A stretch of 62,235 nucleotides of DNA, counting the filler, from Nemertoderma westbladi (taxonomy: Eukaryota > Animalia > Xenacoelomorpha), in NCBI GenBank assembly GCA_032718475.1. It is 3 parts of 3 records of this genome, joined end to end, with 100 filler letters (N's around TTAATTAATTAA, not from the genome) between each part and the next. Parts side by side here need not be neighbours in the genome. Positions count along the whole stretch, not along the records: positions 1 to 20,997 come from JAUCBJ010006200.1; positions 21,098 to 46,238 come from JAUCBJ010004667.1; 1 more part is not named here. One strand, 5' to 3'. The notes beneath the pieces are model-generated. The model was not told the origin of the DNA. It did no database searches and saw only the letters and a program-made list of their open reading frames with translations. A program made the translations under genes and the position numbers. The first letter of the stretch is position 1. Each line of letters opens with the position of its first letter. This document shows, piece by piece, positions 13,170-25,881 of this stretch.

Positions 13170-13966
13170 TTACTTTATGGAACTAGCTTTATAATGTGTT
13201 TACTTTATGGAACTAGATTTATAATGTGTTTACTTTATGGAACTAGCTTTATAATGTGTTTACTTTATGGAACTAGCTTTATAATGTGTTTACTTTATGG
13301 AACTAGCTTTATAATGTGTTTACTTTATGGAACTAGCTTTATAATGTGTTTACTTTATGGAACTAGCTTTATAATGTGTTTACTTTATGGAACTAGCTTT
13401 ATAATGTGTTTACTTTATGGAACTAGCTTTATAATGTGATTACTTTATGGAACTAGCTTTATAATGTGATTACTTTATGGAACTAGCTTTATAATGTGAT
13501 TACTATATGGAACTAGCTTCATAATGTGATTACTTTATGGAACTAGCTTTATAATGTGTTTACTTTATGGAACTAGCTTTATAATGTAATTACTTTATGG
13601 AACTTGCTTTATAATGTGATTACTTTATGGAACTAGCTTTATAATGTGATTACTTTATGGAACTAGCTTTATAATGTGATTACTTTATGGAACTAGCTTT
13701 ATAATGTGATTACTTTATGGAACTAGCTTTATAATGTGATTACTTTATGGAACTAGCTTTATAATGTGATTACTTTATGGAACTAGCTTTATAATGTGAT
13801 TACTTTATGGAACTAGCTTTATATTGTGTTTACTTTATGGAACTAGCTTTATAATGTGTTTACTTTATGGAACTAGCTTTATAATGTGATTACTTTATGG
13901 AACTAGCTTTATAATGTGATTACTTTATGGAACTAGCTTTATATTGTGTTTACTTTATGGAACTAA
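13170..13966. repeat. 30-bp minisatellite, about 26 copies (TACTTTATGGAACTAGCTTTATAATGTGWT)
   Basis: Near-perfect tandem; GTGTT and GTGAT variants occur in blocks. Confidence 0.97.
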
Positions 13967-14529
13967 TAAACTAATTAATTATATTATACCAACTGCTATA
14001 AAGCGACACAATTAATAGTTAGCAGTTGGAATACCTCGTCAATTTTTAATATGCTCATTAAGTATGAGCATACTCATTTAATATGCTCATTACTAAGCGG
14101 CATACAGAAAATTTATTGAACATTTTCACACAAATAAACAGCAACACAAGTAAAAAGTCAAATTTTAAAGATTCGAAATTATATATCAAGTACAATCAAG
14201 TAATAATACAAGAGATACAAACAATTTTTAAGAAATAATTGCAGATTATAATTGCAGCCGTATGTGTTAAAAAAAGCAAATAGACGTTACATAAACTAAA
14301 ATATAGTTTGGAAAATTAAATGAGATTAAATTAATTAGATTCGACAAAATATTACTAGAAAATTAATAATTCAAATAACAACTGAGATAATAGGTTAGGG
14401 CATAAAGCCCAACATTAATTTTACCTTTTGAATTCAAATAATTTTATTTAAATGTAACAATTTAACATAAATTTATTGTCTGAGGTAGTAATATATGTCA
14501 GTAACTCAGTAGTCTATCCGTCTACAGTC

Positions 14530-14790
14530 CGTCTGTCTGTAGTGTGTCTGTTTGAGTCAGTACGTATGTCTGCAGTCTTTCTGGCTGTAGAGCGTCTGTC
14601 TGCAGTGTGTCTGTTTGAGTCAGTATGTATGTCTGCAGTCTTTCTGTCTGTAGAGCGTCTGTCTACAGTGTGTCTGTTTGAGTCAGTATGTATGTCTGCT
14701 GTCTTTCTGTCTGTAGAGCGTCTGTCTACAGTGTGTCTATTTGAGTCAGTATGTATGTCTGCAGTCTTTCTGTCTGTAGAGCGTCTGTCT
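14530..14790. repeat. 63-bp tandem repeat, about 4 copies, GTCT-rich
   Basis: Repeated GTGTGTCTGTTTGAGTCAGTATGTATGTCTGCAGTCTTTCTGTCTGTAGAGCGTCTGTCT unit. Confidence 0.85.
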
Positions 14791-15839
14791 CCGTCTGAAG
14801 TGTGTCCGTCTGTGGCCTGGTGTCTGTAGCTGTCTGTCTAATTATTCTGTATGAATCATGCCTGGCTAGTCAGCTTGTAATTGGTATGTCTGTGGTATGT
14901 GTGTGAGGAAACAAAATTGGCCCTGTGACAATTAAGTGGCGTTATATAATCAAAAGTATTTACCAATTTTATGCAACTGGCATCACATAAAGTTAAATGT
15001 TGAGAAAGTGTACAGAACAATTAGTTACATTAATATCGGCGATGGATTTCTACGAATAAAGTGACTTACATTAAATTAAAAAACTTAGTTAACAAAAATA
15101 CAAATTATTTGATATCAATATATTTAAGTTCATTTACTGGCCAAAATTATATTATATTATATTATCAATAATATCGATTTAGGTAAAATAAAATCCCCCA
15201 TATTATTAACAATAAAGAGGCTACATAAGGCACGAAAGGGAGGTTGACACCTGTTATATATATTTAGTTATAAGCAGCGTGATTACCGTATATCTTATAT
15301 ATTACCGGGCGCGGATTATTAAGTAAACCTTTGAACAACTTAATTAATTATCATGTGAGATAAAATAAGATATTGGTTGAGACATCAACATGAAATAATA
15401 ATAGTAAGTAATATATTTAGTGAAAATAACATTCCAAAATTAATTAACGTTGAACAATAATTATAAGTAATAACATACGAGTGTTATTAATTAATAATAC
15501 ATCGATAATACTGGGATTATACATATTGTGACCCAAGTTCTAGTACAAACACACATTAAAAAAGGTAGTTTAATACATAGCCTACTAAATAGTAAGTAGG
15601 CTATGGTTAACTGTTAAAATAGTAGCAAAAAAAGCCCCAAAAATACAAATCTAAATTGCCTTTTTGTTTTTTCAATATAAACTAAACTGTATTGTGTGGT
15701 CTGTGATGCTTTGCATCGGATAGTATTCGTTCCGGAATTTTCGTCACGGACAATTGGTTATCAAAAAATGCAATAAAATGTTGTTGGGAAATAAAACAAT
15801 CATAAGATAAAGTATAATAATAACGCCACTAATTGAATG

Positions 15840-17905
15840 CCACCCCAAATTAAATGAACCCCAAATTAAATGAACCCCAAATGAAATGAAAACCAAATTA
15901 AATGAACACCAAATTAAATGAACTCCAAATGAAATGAAAACCAAATTAAATGAACACCAAATTAAATGAACCCCAAAATAAATTATTTGGACCAAATATT
16001 TTTTTGTAGAGCCGATTCGCATCCCCAAATTTTGAATAACTCAACTCTCTCGCAAAAAACAATTATTACTCCCCCAAAAACAATTATTAATACCCCAAAA
16101 ACAATTAATCATCCCCCAAAAACAATTATTATCCCCCAAAACCAATTATTCCCCCCCAAAAACAATTATTCATCCCCCAAAACCAATTATTATCCCCCAA
16201 AACCAATTATTCCTCCCCAAAAACAATTATTATCCCCCAAAACCAATTATTCCTCCCCAAAAAAAATAATTCATCCCCCAAAACCAATTATTCCCCCCCA
16301 AAAACAATTATTCATCCCCCAAAAACAATTATTATCCCACAAAACCAATTATTCCTCCCCAAAAACAATTATTATCCCCCAAAACCAATTATTCCTCCCC
16401 AAAAACAATTATTATCCCCCAAAACCAATTATTCCTCCCCAAAAACAATTATTATCCTCCAAAACCAATTATTCATCCCCCAAAAACAATTATTCATCCC
16501 TCAAAACCAATTATTCCCCCCCCCAAAAACAATTATTCATCCCCCAAAAACAATTATTCATACCCAAAATCAATTATTCATACCCCAAAAACAATTATTC
16601 ATACCCCAAAAACAATTATACATCCCCCAAAAACAATTATTCATTCCAGAAAAACAATTATTCCTCCCCAAAAACAATTATTCCTCCCCAAAAACAATTA
16701 TTCATACCCCAAAACCAATTATTCCTCCCCAAAAACAATTATTATCCCCCAAAACCAATTATTCCTCCCTAAAAACAATTATTCATCCCCCAAAACCAAT
16801 TATTCCTCCCCAAAAACAATTATTATCCCCCAAAACCAATTATTCCTCCCCAAAAACAATTATTATCCTCCAAAACCAATTATTCATCCCCCAAAAACAA
16901 TTATTCATCCCTCAAAACCAATTATTCCCCCCCCCCAAAAACAATTATTCATCCCCCAAAAACAATTATTCATACCCCAAAATCAATTATTCATACCCCA
17001 AAAACAATTATTCATACCCCAAAAACAATTATACATCCCCCAAAAACAATTATTCATTCCAGAAAAACAATTATTCCTCCCCAAAAACAATTATTCCTCC
17101 CCAAAAACAATTATTCATACCCCAAAACCAATTATTCCTCCCCAAAAACAATTATTATCCCCCAAAACCAATTATTCCTCCCTAAAAACAATTATTCATC
17201 CCCCAAAACCAATTATTCCGCCCCAAAAACAATTATCCATCCCCCAAAACCAATTATTCCTCCCCAAAAACAATTATTATCCCCCAAAACCAATTATTCC
17301 CCCCCAAAAACAACTATTCATCCCCCAAAACCAATTATTCCCCCCCAAAAACAATTATTCATCCCACAAAAACAATTATTACTCCCCCAAAAACAATTAT
17401 TAATACCCCCAAAACCAATTATTCCTCCCCAAAAACAATTATTATCCCCCATAACCAATTATTCCTCCCCAAAAACAATTATTCATCCCCCAAAAACAAT
17501 TATTATCCCCCAAAACCAATTATTCCTCCCCAAAAACAATTATTCATCCCCCAAAACCAATTATTCCGCCCCAAAAACAATTATCCATCCCCCAAAACCA
17601 ATTATTCCTCCCCAAAAACAATTATTATCCCCCAAAACCAATTATTCCTCCCCAAAAACAATTATTATCCCCCAAAACCAATTATTCCTCCCCAAAAAAA
17701 TTATTCATCCCCCAAAACCAATTATTCCTCCCCAAAAACAATTATTATCCCCCAAAACCAATTATTCCGCCCCAAAAACAATTATATATCCATCCCCCAA
17801 AACCAATTATTCCTCCCCAAAAACAACTATTATCCCCCAAAAACAATTTTTCCTCCCCCAAAAACAATTATTCCTCCCCAAAAACAATTATTCATCCCCC
17901 AAAAT
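15840..17905. repeat. C/A-rich arrays: about 17-bp CCAAATTAAATGAAC (15840-15980), then 21-22-bp CCCCAAAAMCAATTATT(CAT/CCT) (16050-17905)
   Basis: Direct repeats with strong strand asymmetry; an internal block of roughly 420 bp is duplicated (TCATTCCAGAAAA variant at about 16641 and 17054). Confidence 0.92.
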
Positions 17906-18594
17906 CAATATGATATTGAATAATTGTTGGTGTTGAATAATTTTTTTGGGGTAACATTATTTAATTTGGTATAAAATAATATTTTTTGGTGAAATTTTCA
18001 TCAATTTTGGGATGACTTTAATTGGTATTAATATACGACAAGTAACAAAAAAATATCTAGGATAAAAAAACAGGGGATAACCACTCCGGTACGAAAAGTC
18101 CGGGACGAAAAGTTTAGGAACGAAAAAAAAATAAAAATAACAATATTAAAATCGACTGAGTAAACTGCAATTCCCACTGCGATAAATTAATCTGAATAAC
18201 ATTGTGATAAAGGGGAGTCAGAAGACACATATTGGGGTTTAATTGTACTAATTAATTGAAGACACCTGTCAACTAGAGACTAATTAGTATAATTAGAAAC
18301 TGTCACCCAGACACTCTGGCGCCAATGATTATTGGGTGTCATATGACACATTAATTAATGAGACACTGTCATTTTACAAAACTCAAACAAAATAAAAAAT
18401 ATTACATATACTTTTGTCGAGACGCCTAAAATTAAATGACTTTCAAGAGACTTTATTTAAGCCAAGGAGGGCTAAGTTATAAACGAAGTTATAATTCATA
18501 TTCATTATAAATTTCATAACAGATATTTGAGTATTATATATAAGTTTGGCGATGATTTTATAAAATAGTTCACAATGTGCATTTTCTGCAACTA

Positions 18595-19224
18595 TTAATA
18601 TCCGGCCAGGGCAGCTGTGGTTCGCAGCGCCTCGGTGCGCTCAAAGTCTATACTCGTGTAACTCACAATCGATTCACGGGGTGACCGTCTGGGGGCGCCC
18701 TCTCGTGGCCCTGTTGCGCATTCCTCGAGATCCAGTTGTATGTACTGCACGCAGGGGGAGGGGGCAGGGGGGCTGGTGGAGGGGGCCGGTGGGATGATGG
18801 AGGGGGCCGTTGGGATGGTGGAGGGGGCCGTTGGGATGGTGGAGGGGGCATTGGGAGTGGCAAGGTGGGTAGGGGGGACGGTATAGGGGGCTGGGGGGCC
18901 AGGGAGATTCTGGTAACACGGTGACACGTCGTCAAGGGGACCAACTAGTCCATCCATAGCAACGGGAGGTACTTCCATAACAACTCGGTCCATAGCAACG
19001 GGTTCCCGGGCCATAGCAACGTGTTCTCGGTCCATAGCAACCCGTCTAGGCGGGACCTGGTAGTGAACCAAGTCGTCGTTGAATAATTTAGGCGGGACGT
19101 GGTAGGTGACCGCGTCGCCCTCTAGCGGTGGGGACGGAACCGACTGGAAGGAGGGGAGGTTGGCGTAATGGAACCCATTGGGAGAGTTGAGTTGGGGGTG
19201 GAGTGGGTAGCCGTTGTACTCCTC
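18595..19224 (-). CDS. Terminal exon of an FRS2/Gab(DOS)-like RTK docking protein
   Basis: Acceptor TTCTTCCCAG|GAG at 19225/19224; open for 209 codons to TAA. Contains YANL and YQNL (YxN), YHVP/YQVP/YTVP (YxxP), and a C-terminal pair QYIQLDLE...SYTSIDFERTEAL resembling the tandem SHP2-binding tyrosines of FRS2/Gab. Confidence 0.75.
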   Translation of the reverse strand, partial: EEYNGYPLHPQLNSPNGFHYANLPSFQSVPSPPLEGDAVTYHVPPKLFNDDLVHYQVPPRRVAMDREHVAMAREPVAMDRVVMEVPPVAMDGLVGPLDDVSPCYQNLPGPPAPYTVPPTHLATPNAPSTIPTAPSTIPTAPSIIPPAPSTSPPAPSPCVQYIQLDLEECATGPREGAPRRSPRESIVSYTSIDFERTEALRTTAALAGY

Positions 19225-19619
19225 CTGGGAAGAAACAATAAATAGTATTTAGTATTTCTAGTTCGTTCACTCTATAATTAAATTTCCATATCTAATATTT
19301 AGTTATATCTATTTTATTATATAAAACTGAACGCCTTTCTAATGAGCTATTTGAAGATAGCTGATAATTTTGAATATTGAAGGGAGGTGATATTCTAACG
19401 CCAGTTTCCTTGAATACCGAACTATTCAACGTAATCTTAAGATCTGATTATTTAGAGCAGCAGTAGTACCAGTACTGTGTTACGGGAGCGATCCCTGAGA
19501 AGTACTTCGCCACCCAAAACCAATATGTCACCTTAAACAGTTATTAGCGAAAAATTGGAAACAATTAACACCTCAGTTTGTCAGCTAGAAAGGTCAAGAT
19601 GACAAACAGAGAGCCTTGA

Positions 19620-20390
19620 CAACCCCGCTGGAAATTTTGAATCAAGGTTTTTCCGGGTCGGTGATTTCATTTATAATATCAGGTTACTCATTTCACAGAG
19701 TCATGTCTGTCTGTCATTGCTGTCTGTCTGTCCGTCAAAATATAACCGACAGCTGAACAGACATACAGACAATGTGGATGACATCAAACACAAAAACTGA
19801 CATCGGAAATGAAATCACCAACCATGAAAACCCCCATAACAAAATTTTTAGCTAATTGGTATGCATTTCTAATACTTTGACAGACAGATCGCTGGACAGA
19901 CAAAAAAACCGACAGACAGACATACTAGGTTTTGTTAAAAGTGAAAACTGACGTCGGAAATGTAATCAGCACCGGATAACAAAACTTTTATCTAATTGGA
20001 ATGCTTTCCTTATATTTTGACGGACAGACGGACATACAGACAGACCGACAATCAGACATAATAGACTTCACAAAAAATGAAAAATGAAATCGGCAACCAA
20101 AAAAACCAAAACAAAAAAGTTTTAGCTAGGTGGTATGATGTCCTTATATTTTGACAGACAGATCGTCGGACGGATAGACAGACTGACAGACAGACATAGA
20201 GACATAATAGTTTTTGTCAAAAGTAAAAACTAGCGTTTGGAATGAAATCAGCGACCAGGAATACTCCCATAACATACTACAATACTCCCATAACTGGAAA
20301 GAATGTTTTTATCATATTCTGACTGACAAACCGTCAGAAACACAATCCCAGACAGACAGTTTTCACAGACTTTAACACAGAGTAAGGTTA
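19620..20390. repeat. Degenerate 130-150-bp tandem units with GACA tracts (non-autonomous TE-like)
   Basis: Recurring AAAACTGACGTCGGAAATGAAATCA...TATTTTGACAGACAGA blocks. Confidence 0.55.
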
Positions 20391-20997
20391 ACATTATCAC
20401 TCATAACTTTTGAACTACATTAGCTATTAACAAACGTTTGAAGTTTTGAAGTCACCATAAAAATCTGCACCAGGTTGGGTTGAAAATGAAAAATCTATTT
20501 TTTTTTCTAAATTACCCCCCCCCCCCCCCCCCCCCCCTCCCCCTTAAATAGATCATAGCGCAATCTCCTTGACAACTCAACTGGTGAACTATTCTAGCTC
20601 AGTTCCTTGGCAACCAACAGGCGAACAATTATACCTCAGTTCCCTTGACAACCACCTGGCAAACTATTCTAGCAAAAAATGATAGGTAAAAATAATGTCG
20701 ATACTGATCTGATAGCAAATATAATTTTGCAACAAGTAGACCAAATTATTAGTGATAAGAAATTTCCTCATAACATATCAGAGCAATTAGAATGAAAGAC
20801 CTAATGTAACCAGACTAATGTAATATCTCGAATGTAAGGGAATTTTGATTGATAGACCTCACATACTCGAGTGAAGGTATGTGCTGGAATATCTATCTTA
20901 CCAAACAGCATGCGAATTGAAGCAAAAAAGTTACATGTTGAACAAACTCCATGCGACAGACAGTTTTAAAATAAAATATGTTGGATTCACTCATGTA

Positions 20998-21097
20998 NNN
21001 NNNNNNNNNNNNNNNNNNNNNNNNNNNNNNNNNNNNNNNNNTTAATTAATTAANNNNNNNNNNNNNNNNNNNNNNNNNNNNNNNNNNNNNNNNNNNN
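20998..21097. other. Assembly linker: 44 N + TTAATTAATTAA + 44 N
   Basis: Exactly 100 bp with a six-frame stop cassette; identical structure at 46239-46338. Confidence 0.97.
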
Positions 21098-21651
21098 TGT
21101 CTACTGTACTACTACTCCCCATCTCACACATAAACATTCAACTTTCAGCTCATAAAATATATTGCAATAGACAAGAAATAATAATAATAATTATTATTAT
21201 TATAAATATTTGTTACTTCTGATTGGTTGTCAATGCTAGAAATTACAGCTTTTACCTTTCAAGTAAGATAGAACATACTGTAGTACAAGTGCATTTTGAA
21301 AGTTGAGTGTTGGAAGTTAAGTTTTAGTTTTAGTTAAGTTTTTAAGTTAAGTAAATATTGTGATGTAAATCGCTATAATTCTAATGTTTTTTTTACTCAA
21401 TTCTAGAATATTAATTATGGGTAATGAAAAAACAAGATGGAGAGTTTTAAACGCTCAGCTAAATAATAATTAATATTCTAGAATAAAGACAACAAAACAT
21501 CAGAAGTATAGCGATTTACGTCTGGGGCAGATTGTGGGCAGATGTGGGCAGATTTAGGTAGAACAGTTACACCCATAGAGAAATGCGACCGGTATATTTA
21601 TAATTTATTATTGGCAGATTGGTGTTATGGTTGAATGAGTGGTTTCACATT

Positions 21652-21789
21652 ATTATAACTTTTTGTTGGGCACAGCTTTGCAAAGTCGGCATTGACTCGT
21701 CAGACCTCCAACACAGAGGTCATCAGTTCGATAACACCTGGATGTCATTGCCGACTTTGCAAAATATGTGCCCAATAAAAAGTTATAAT
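21652..21789. mobile_element. Small hairpin/MITE-like inverted repeat with arms of about 45 bp
   Basis: ATTATAACTTTTTGTTGGGCACAGCTTTGCAAAGTCGGCA pairs with TGCCGACTTTGCAAAATATGTGCCCAATAAAAAGTTATAAT. Confidence 0.75.
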
Positions 21790-21929
21790 AATATTTATTT
21801 AATGGAATAAATTAGCCTCGCGCAGCTACAGTACAAAACCATAACGCTTATATTTCAGGACAATTGCGACCTGGACAATTGTCCGGGTCGCAATTGTCCG
21901 GACTCCATTTCAGGTATTTAACAACAAAA

Positions 21930-22235
21930 TTTAGATTGTGTTTATTTGGAATCCTATCTAACCTTATCAACAAACCACTATATGGTTGACGAATAACCGT
22001 GAATTCTCCGGTAAAAATGGTACAATACCGTCGGAGACACCTTTTTCAAACGCTTGCAGCTAAATAATGAAAGCAAAAATAAAAATTCTGGCTCACCCAC
22101 TAAGGAGGAGGGAGATGAAACTATCTCTATTTCAAATATCATGCAATCTCCTTAAGATTTGTAGAAAAATTGGGGGGGGGGGGGGGGGGGGGGGGGGCAT
22201 GTACCAGAATAATGACACTACTACTGTATATTCCA
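21930..22235. mobile_element. Right-arm fragment of the poly-G/C MITE family
   Basis: Similar to 32400-32620 and 57050-57290 (GGAGACAC...TTCTGGCTCACCCA...TTTGTAGAAAA-Gn). Confidence 0.8.
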
Positions 22236-23514
22236 GGTAGGTGCTAAATAGCACAACGAGCAACAACGAGCACCAATGACCAACAACGAGCATCAAAGAG
22301 TAACAATGAGCAACAACGCACAAAAACGAGCGACAACGAGAAACAAAGAGCAACAACGCGCAACAAGTGATAACTAAAACTATTAAAAACTTTAAAACTA
22401 TTAATTTTTTCCTGTACCGGCAGGGTCTTGGAGTGTTGCTAGTGCCGGATACCGAAAGGGGGTGATACAGTCCTTCTGAGATAAGGGGTCTGTATTTACT
22501 GGTGCTGAAGGGGACAGATGATGTTCCTGATCCATTATTTGTTTAAAAGGTTATGTAACTGCTTTAGATTTCTTGGCTGAGTACTACTGTAACAGAAGAC
22601 ATTTCCATTACATCTTCTTCACCTGCCATTGATTGGTATTTATTATCCTACATATATATTCGGGATTACTGGGATACATTACTGTATACTGTACTGTATA
22701 AGTATAATAATGTATCAGTGTAATCTGTATAATGGTGTTCTCTGGTTACTGTATTATAGTTATTGTTATAGTAGTTACTACTACTAATTGTAGTTATTGT
22801 TTATCACTCTTTATTATTTCTGTTCGTTGTTGCTCATTTTAACTCGTTGTTGCTCATTGTTGCTCGTTGTTGTACTTTATTATTGCTCATTGTTGCTTCT
22901 TGTTGCTCATCGTTGTTGTACTTTATTATTGCTCATCGTTGTTGCTCATTATTGCTCATTGTTGCTCGTTGTTTTACTTTATTATTGCTCATTGTTGCGC
23001 TTCTTGTTGCTCGTTGTTGTACTTTATTATTGCTCGTTGTTGTACTTTATTATTGCTCGTTGTTGCTCATAGCTGTCCATTGTTGCTCGTTTGTTGCTCA
23101 TTGTTGCTCATTGTTGCGCTTCTTGTTGCTCGTTGTTGTACTTTATTATTGCTCGTTGTTGCTCATTGTTGCTCATTGTTGCTCGTTGTTGCTCATTGTT
23201 GCTCATAGCTGTCCATTGTTGCTCGTTGTTGCTCATTGTCGCTCATAGCTGTCTATTGTTGCTCGTTGTTGCTCATTGTTGGTCATTGTTGCTCGTTGTT
23301 GCTCATTGTTGCACGTTGTTGCTCATTGTTGCTCACTGTTGCGCTTCTTGTTGCTCGCTGTTGTACTTTATTATTGCTCGTTGTTGTACTTTATTATTGC
23401 TCGTTGTTGCTCATTGTTGCTCGTTGTTGCTCATTGTTGCTCATAGCTGTCCATTGTTGCTCGTTGTTGCTCATTGTTGGTCATTGTTGTCCGTTGTGCA
23501 TTTTAGCACCTACC
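22236..23514. mobile_element. Foldback-like element with inverted termini and inverted 10-mer subterminal arrays
   Basis: Left GGTAGGTGCTAAATAGCACAACG plus (GAGCAACAAC)n; right (TTGTTGCTCR)n plus CGTTGTGCATTTTAGCACCTACC. Confidence 0.7.
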
Positions 23515-24118
23515 GTACTGTAGTAGGCCTCCCTCGCCCTCGCAACTGTCAGAAACTCAAAGTTGAATATCAATTGCTACAGCTGTACAGCCTGACAGCA
23601 CTCAACAGGTCAGTACCGTAGCTGACAGTGTACTGCAGTACTGCTGAGATAGGCTGATAGGCCTATCTGCCTATACTGATATACAATGTACAAGGACTGT
23701 GGACTGGCAGGTGTCAGGGCAGCAGGGTGTACCGGTCGTGGTAAAATCAAAAGTCATACGGTACTGTCATACATTTCATTTGATTGATTAATTACAGAAT
23801 TAGGCCTACTGAATTACATGAATTAGGTACTTCTGTAGTCCTAGCCTACTCTAATTAGGCCTACGTTTGAATTTTCTGCTAGACCGGTCTGCCGGTGGTA
23901 GCGCTAGCGGTAGGCTGGTAGGCCTGGTAGGCTCCTTGTTACCGTACTTACAGGCTAGCCTACCGGTAGTTCTGTCTGTCTGTCAGTCTGTAGCCTGGTA
24001 GCAGTGTAGTACTGGTACCGGTACGGTATTCTGGCTGTCTGGTATTATTTATTGTAACAATTGTCGGAAAATTTATATTCTTGTATACAACTCTAACAAC
24101 TTGGCGGGTACCTTGCGA

Positions 24119-24211
24119 ATGACGATGACTTCCGTTACCCGAGGGGGTAGCTCCAACCCCAACTCGTCGCATTACCACAATCACCAACCACCAAATGCAC
24201 TGGAATGCAAG
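24119..24211 (+). CDS. UBAP2: UBAP2/UBAP2L/lingerer coding exon 1
   Basis: MTMTSVTRGGSSNPNSSHYHNHQPPNALECK then AAG|GTAGGC, phase 0; resembles the MMTSV start of vertebrate UBAP2 proteins. Confidence 0.7.
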
Positions 24212-24639
24212 GTAGGCCTATATATATACCTGTATACTGGTATACAAATATACGATACTATTATTGGGTAGGCCTATTGAGTATTGAATAGGTACGGTAC
24301 GGCAGTACGGTACTGCGGTAGTGTGACAAAAACGATAAAAATTGCTGAATTGTTCCCCTACATTTAAAAACAATATAAACACATGATTTAACACACTCTG
24401 CAGCTCTGACGATACCTCTACGTTACCGTGTAGTGCAGTAGTCCGGTAGTGTGTGTGTACCGGTATATAGTTTAAAATATATACAGATATAGGCCCTACG
24501 TTAATGCAATAATGTAAATTAGAGCAGTAGGTAGGCCTAGAGGTAGAGCAATGCATAGGCCTAAGTCATGAACCGAAAGTAATCAGGTAATTCCTGGCAG
24601 CATGGTGCCTGTGCCTGGCAGCCTGGTGATACATATATA

Positions 24640-25881
24640 CACCATCTGACCATGTCCCGTAATATAGCTGCATAGTGTCATTTTCTGATGACACGGACCC
24701 CCCCCCCCCAGATTTTTCAACAAATCTTTATCATATTGCTTGAAATTTGAAACACCACTACTGCACTAGTTCATAGTCTGATAGTTCCAGTTCCACTCAC
24801 CGTCGGTGACCCCATGAAGCCGGAATTTTCGATTTTGCCTTTAAATTTTTTTTATAAGAGTTTTATGAAGCCGGAATTTTCGATTTTGCCTTTAAATTTT
24901 TTTTATAAGAGTTTTAAAAAAAGTGTCTTTTTTGCGAAATTGCACCCTCCGTATCGTGGACATTCTTCACATCAGTCGTAATTTTTTTTAAATAAATTGG
25001 AGTTGAGCTGTTAATGCAACTGTAATTAAAGGTGTAATATTAGGGTTTTGATCAGAAATGGAAAAAATGAGAAAGCGCGTTACCGGGGGTTGAACCAGCG
25101 CTATACGTACGTTTCAGCCTATCGGGCCTAATCAGTAGCCCTAACCAGTTCAGCCATTTGTCCCTGACATTCACTATCCCACCTAATCCACTTCTATTGA
25201 ACAGGCAGTCTTAAGTTGCATATCCTATCTCTAACATAAATTACAGTAATTTTTTTTTTGCAAGGATTCGAAATATGTAACAATATCTCAATTTCGTTGA
25301 GAAACAACTGAGATATAGGCGTTCAAAGATTGCAAGAATTATTGTTCGCTGCAGGCCATTTATTCTATTTAATAAATACACAAAATTCTAGAACGTGTTA
25401 TTTATTTTATGAGTTGGTTGGCAACAGCGGTAATCCTATCCAATATATCTATTGCATAGCTATCCATACTTAATCAAAATGTTCCAGAACATCGTGTATT
25501 TTTTAAATGTAATAAATGGCCTTCAGCGAACAATACTTCTTGCAATCTTTGAACGCCTATATCTCAGTTGTTTCTCAACGAAATTCAGATATTATTACAT
25601 ATTTCGAATCTTTGCAATGCAAGCTTTTTAATGATATGAAAAAATTACGACTAATGTGAAGAATGTCCACGATACGGAGGGTGCGATTTCGCAAAAGACA
25701 CTTTTTTAAAACACTTATAAAAAAATTTAAAGGCAAAAATTCCAGCTCCATGGGGTCATCGACGGTGAGTGGAACTAGTTGTGTTTCAAATTTCACACAA
25801 TATGATAAAGATTGGTAGAAAAATCTGGGGGGGGGGGGGTCCGTGTCATCAGAAAATGACACTATACTACGGGACACGGTG
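24640..25881. mobile_element. Long-TIR MITE (Tc1/mariner-type TA-flanked termini) in UBAP2 intron 1
   Basis: TA|CACCAT..GTCCCG...Cn at left and Gn...CGGGACACGGTG|TA at right, with long inverted arms; internal 49-bp direct duplication at about 24815-24915. Confidence 0.85.

Noticed and set aside
7965-13966. Arrays of 30-36 bp units as possible CRISPR arrays
   Set aside because: Units are head to tail with no unique spacers, there are no cas genes, and the context is eukaryotic.
11603-16772. Long repetitive ORFs (GGRYSYLLPE, GATPICYPK, MCLLYGTSFI, PKNNY types)
   Set aside because: They are translations of tandem repeats lacking stops in some frames, with no splice or domain support.
18950-19045. 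Repeated GTTGCTATGG (RFX X-box half-site-like) in the docking-protein exon
   Set aside because: Half-sites only, and explained by the coding VAM repeat.
21690-21750. Minus-strand CTGATGA followed by a CCTC/GAGG stem as a possible hammerhead ribozyme
   Set aside because: The required GAAA after stem II is absent (TCTGA instead). Other CTGATGA hits examined (about 24685, 41620, 50667) also lack the core.
22797-23621. Leu/Cys-rich overlapping ORFs
   Set aside because: Read-through of the TTGTTGCTC 10-mer array in several frames.
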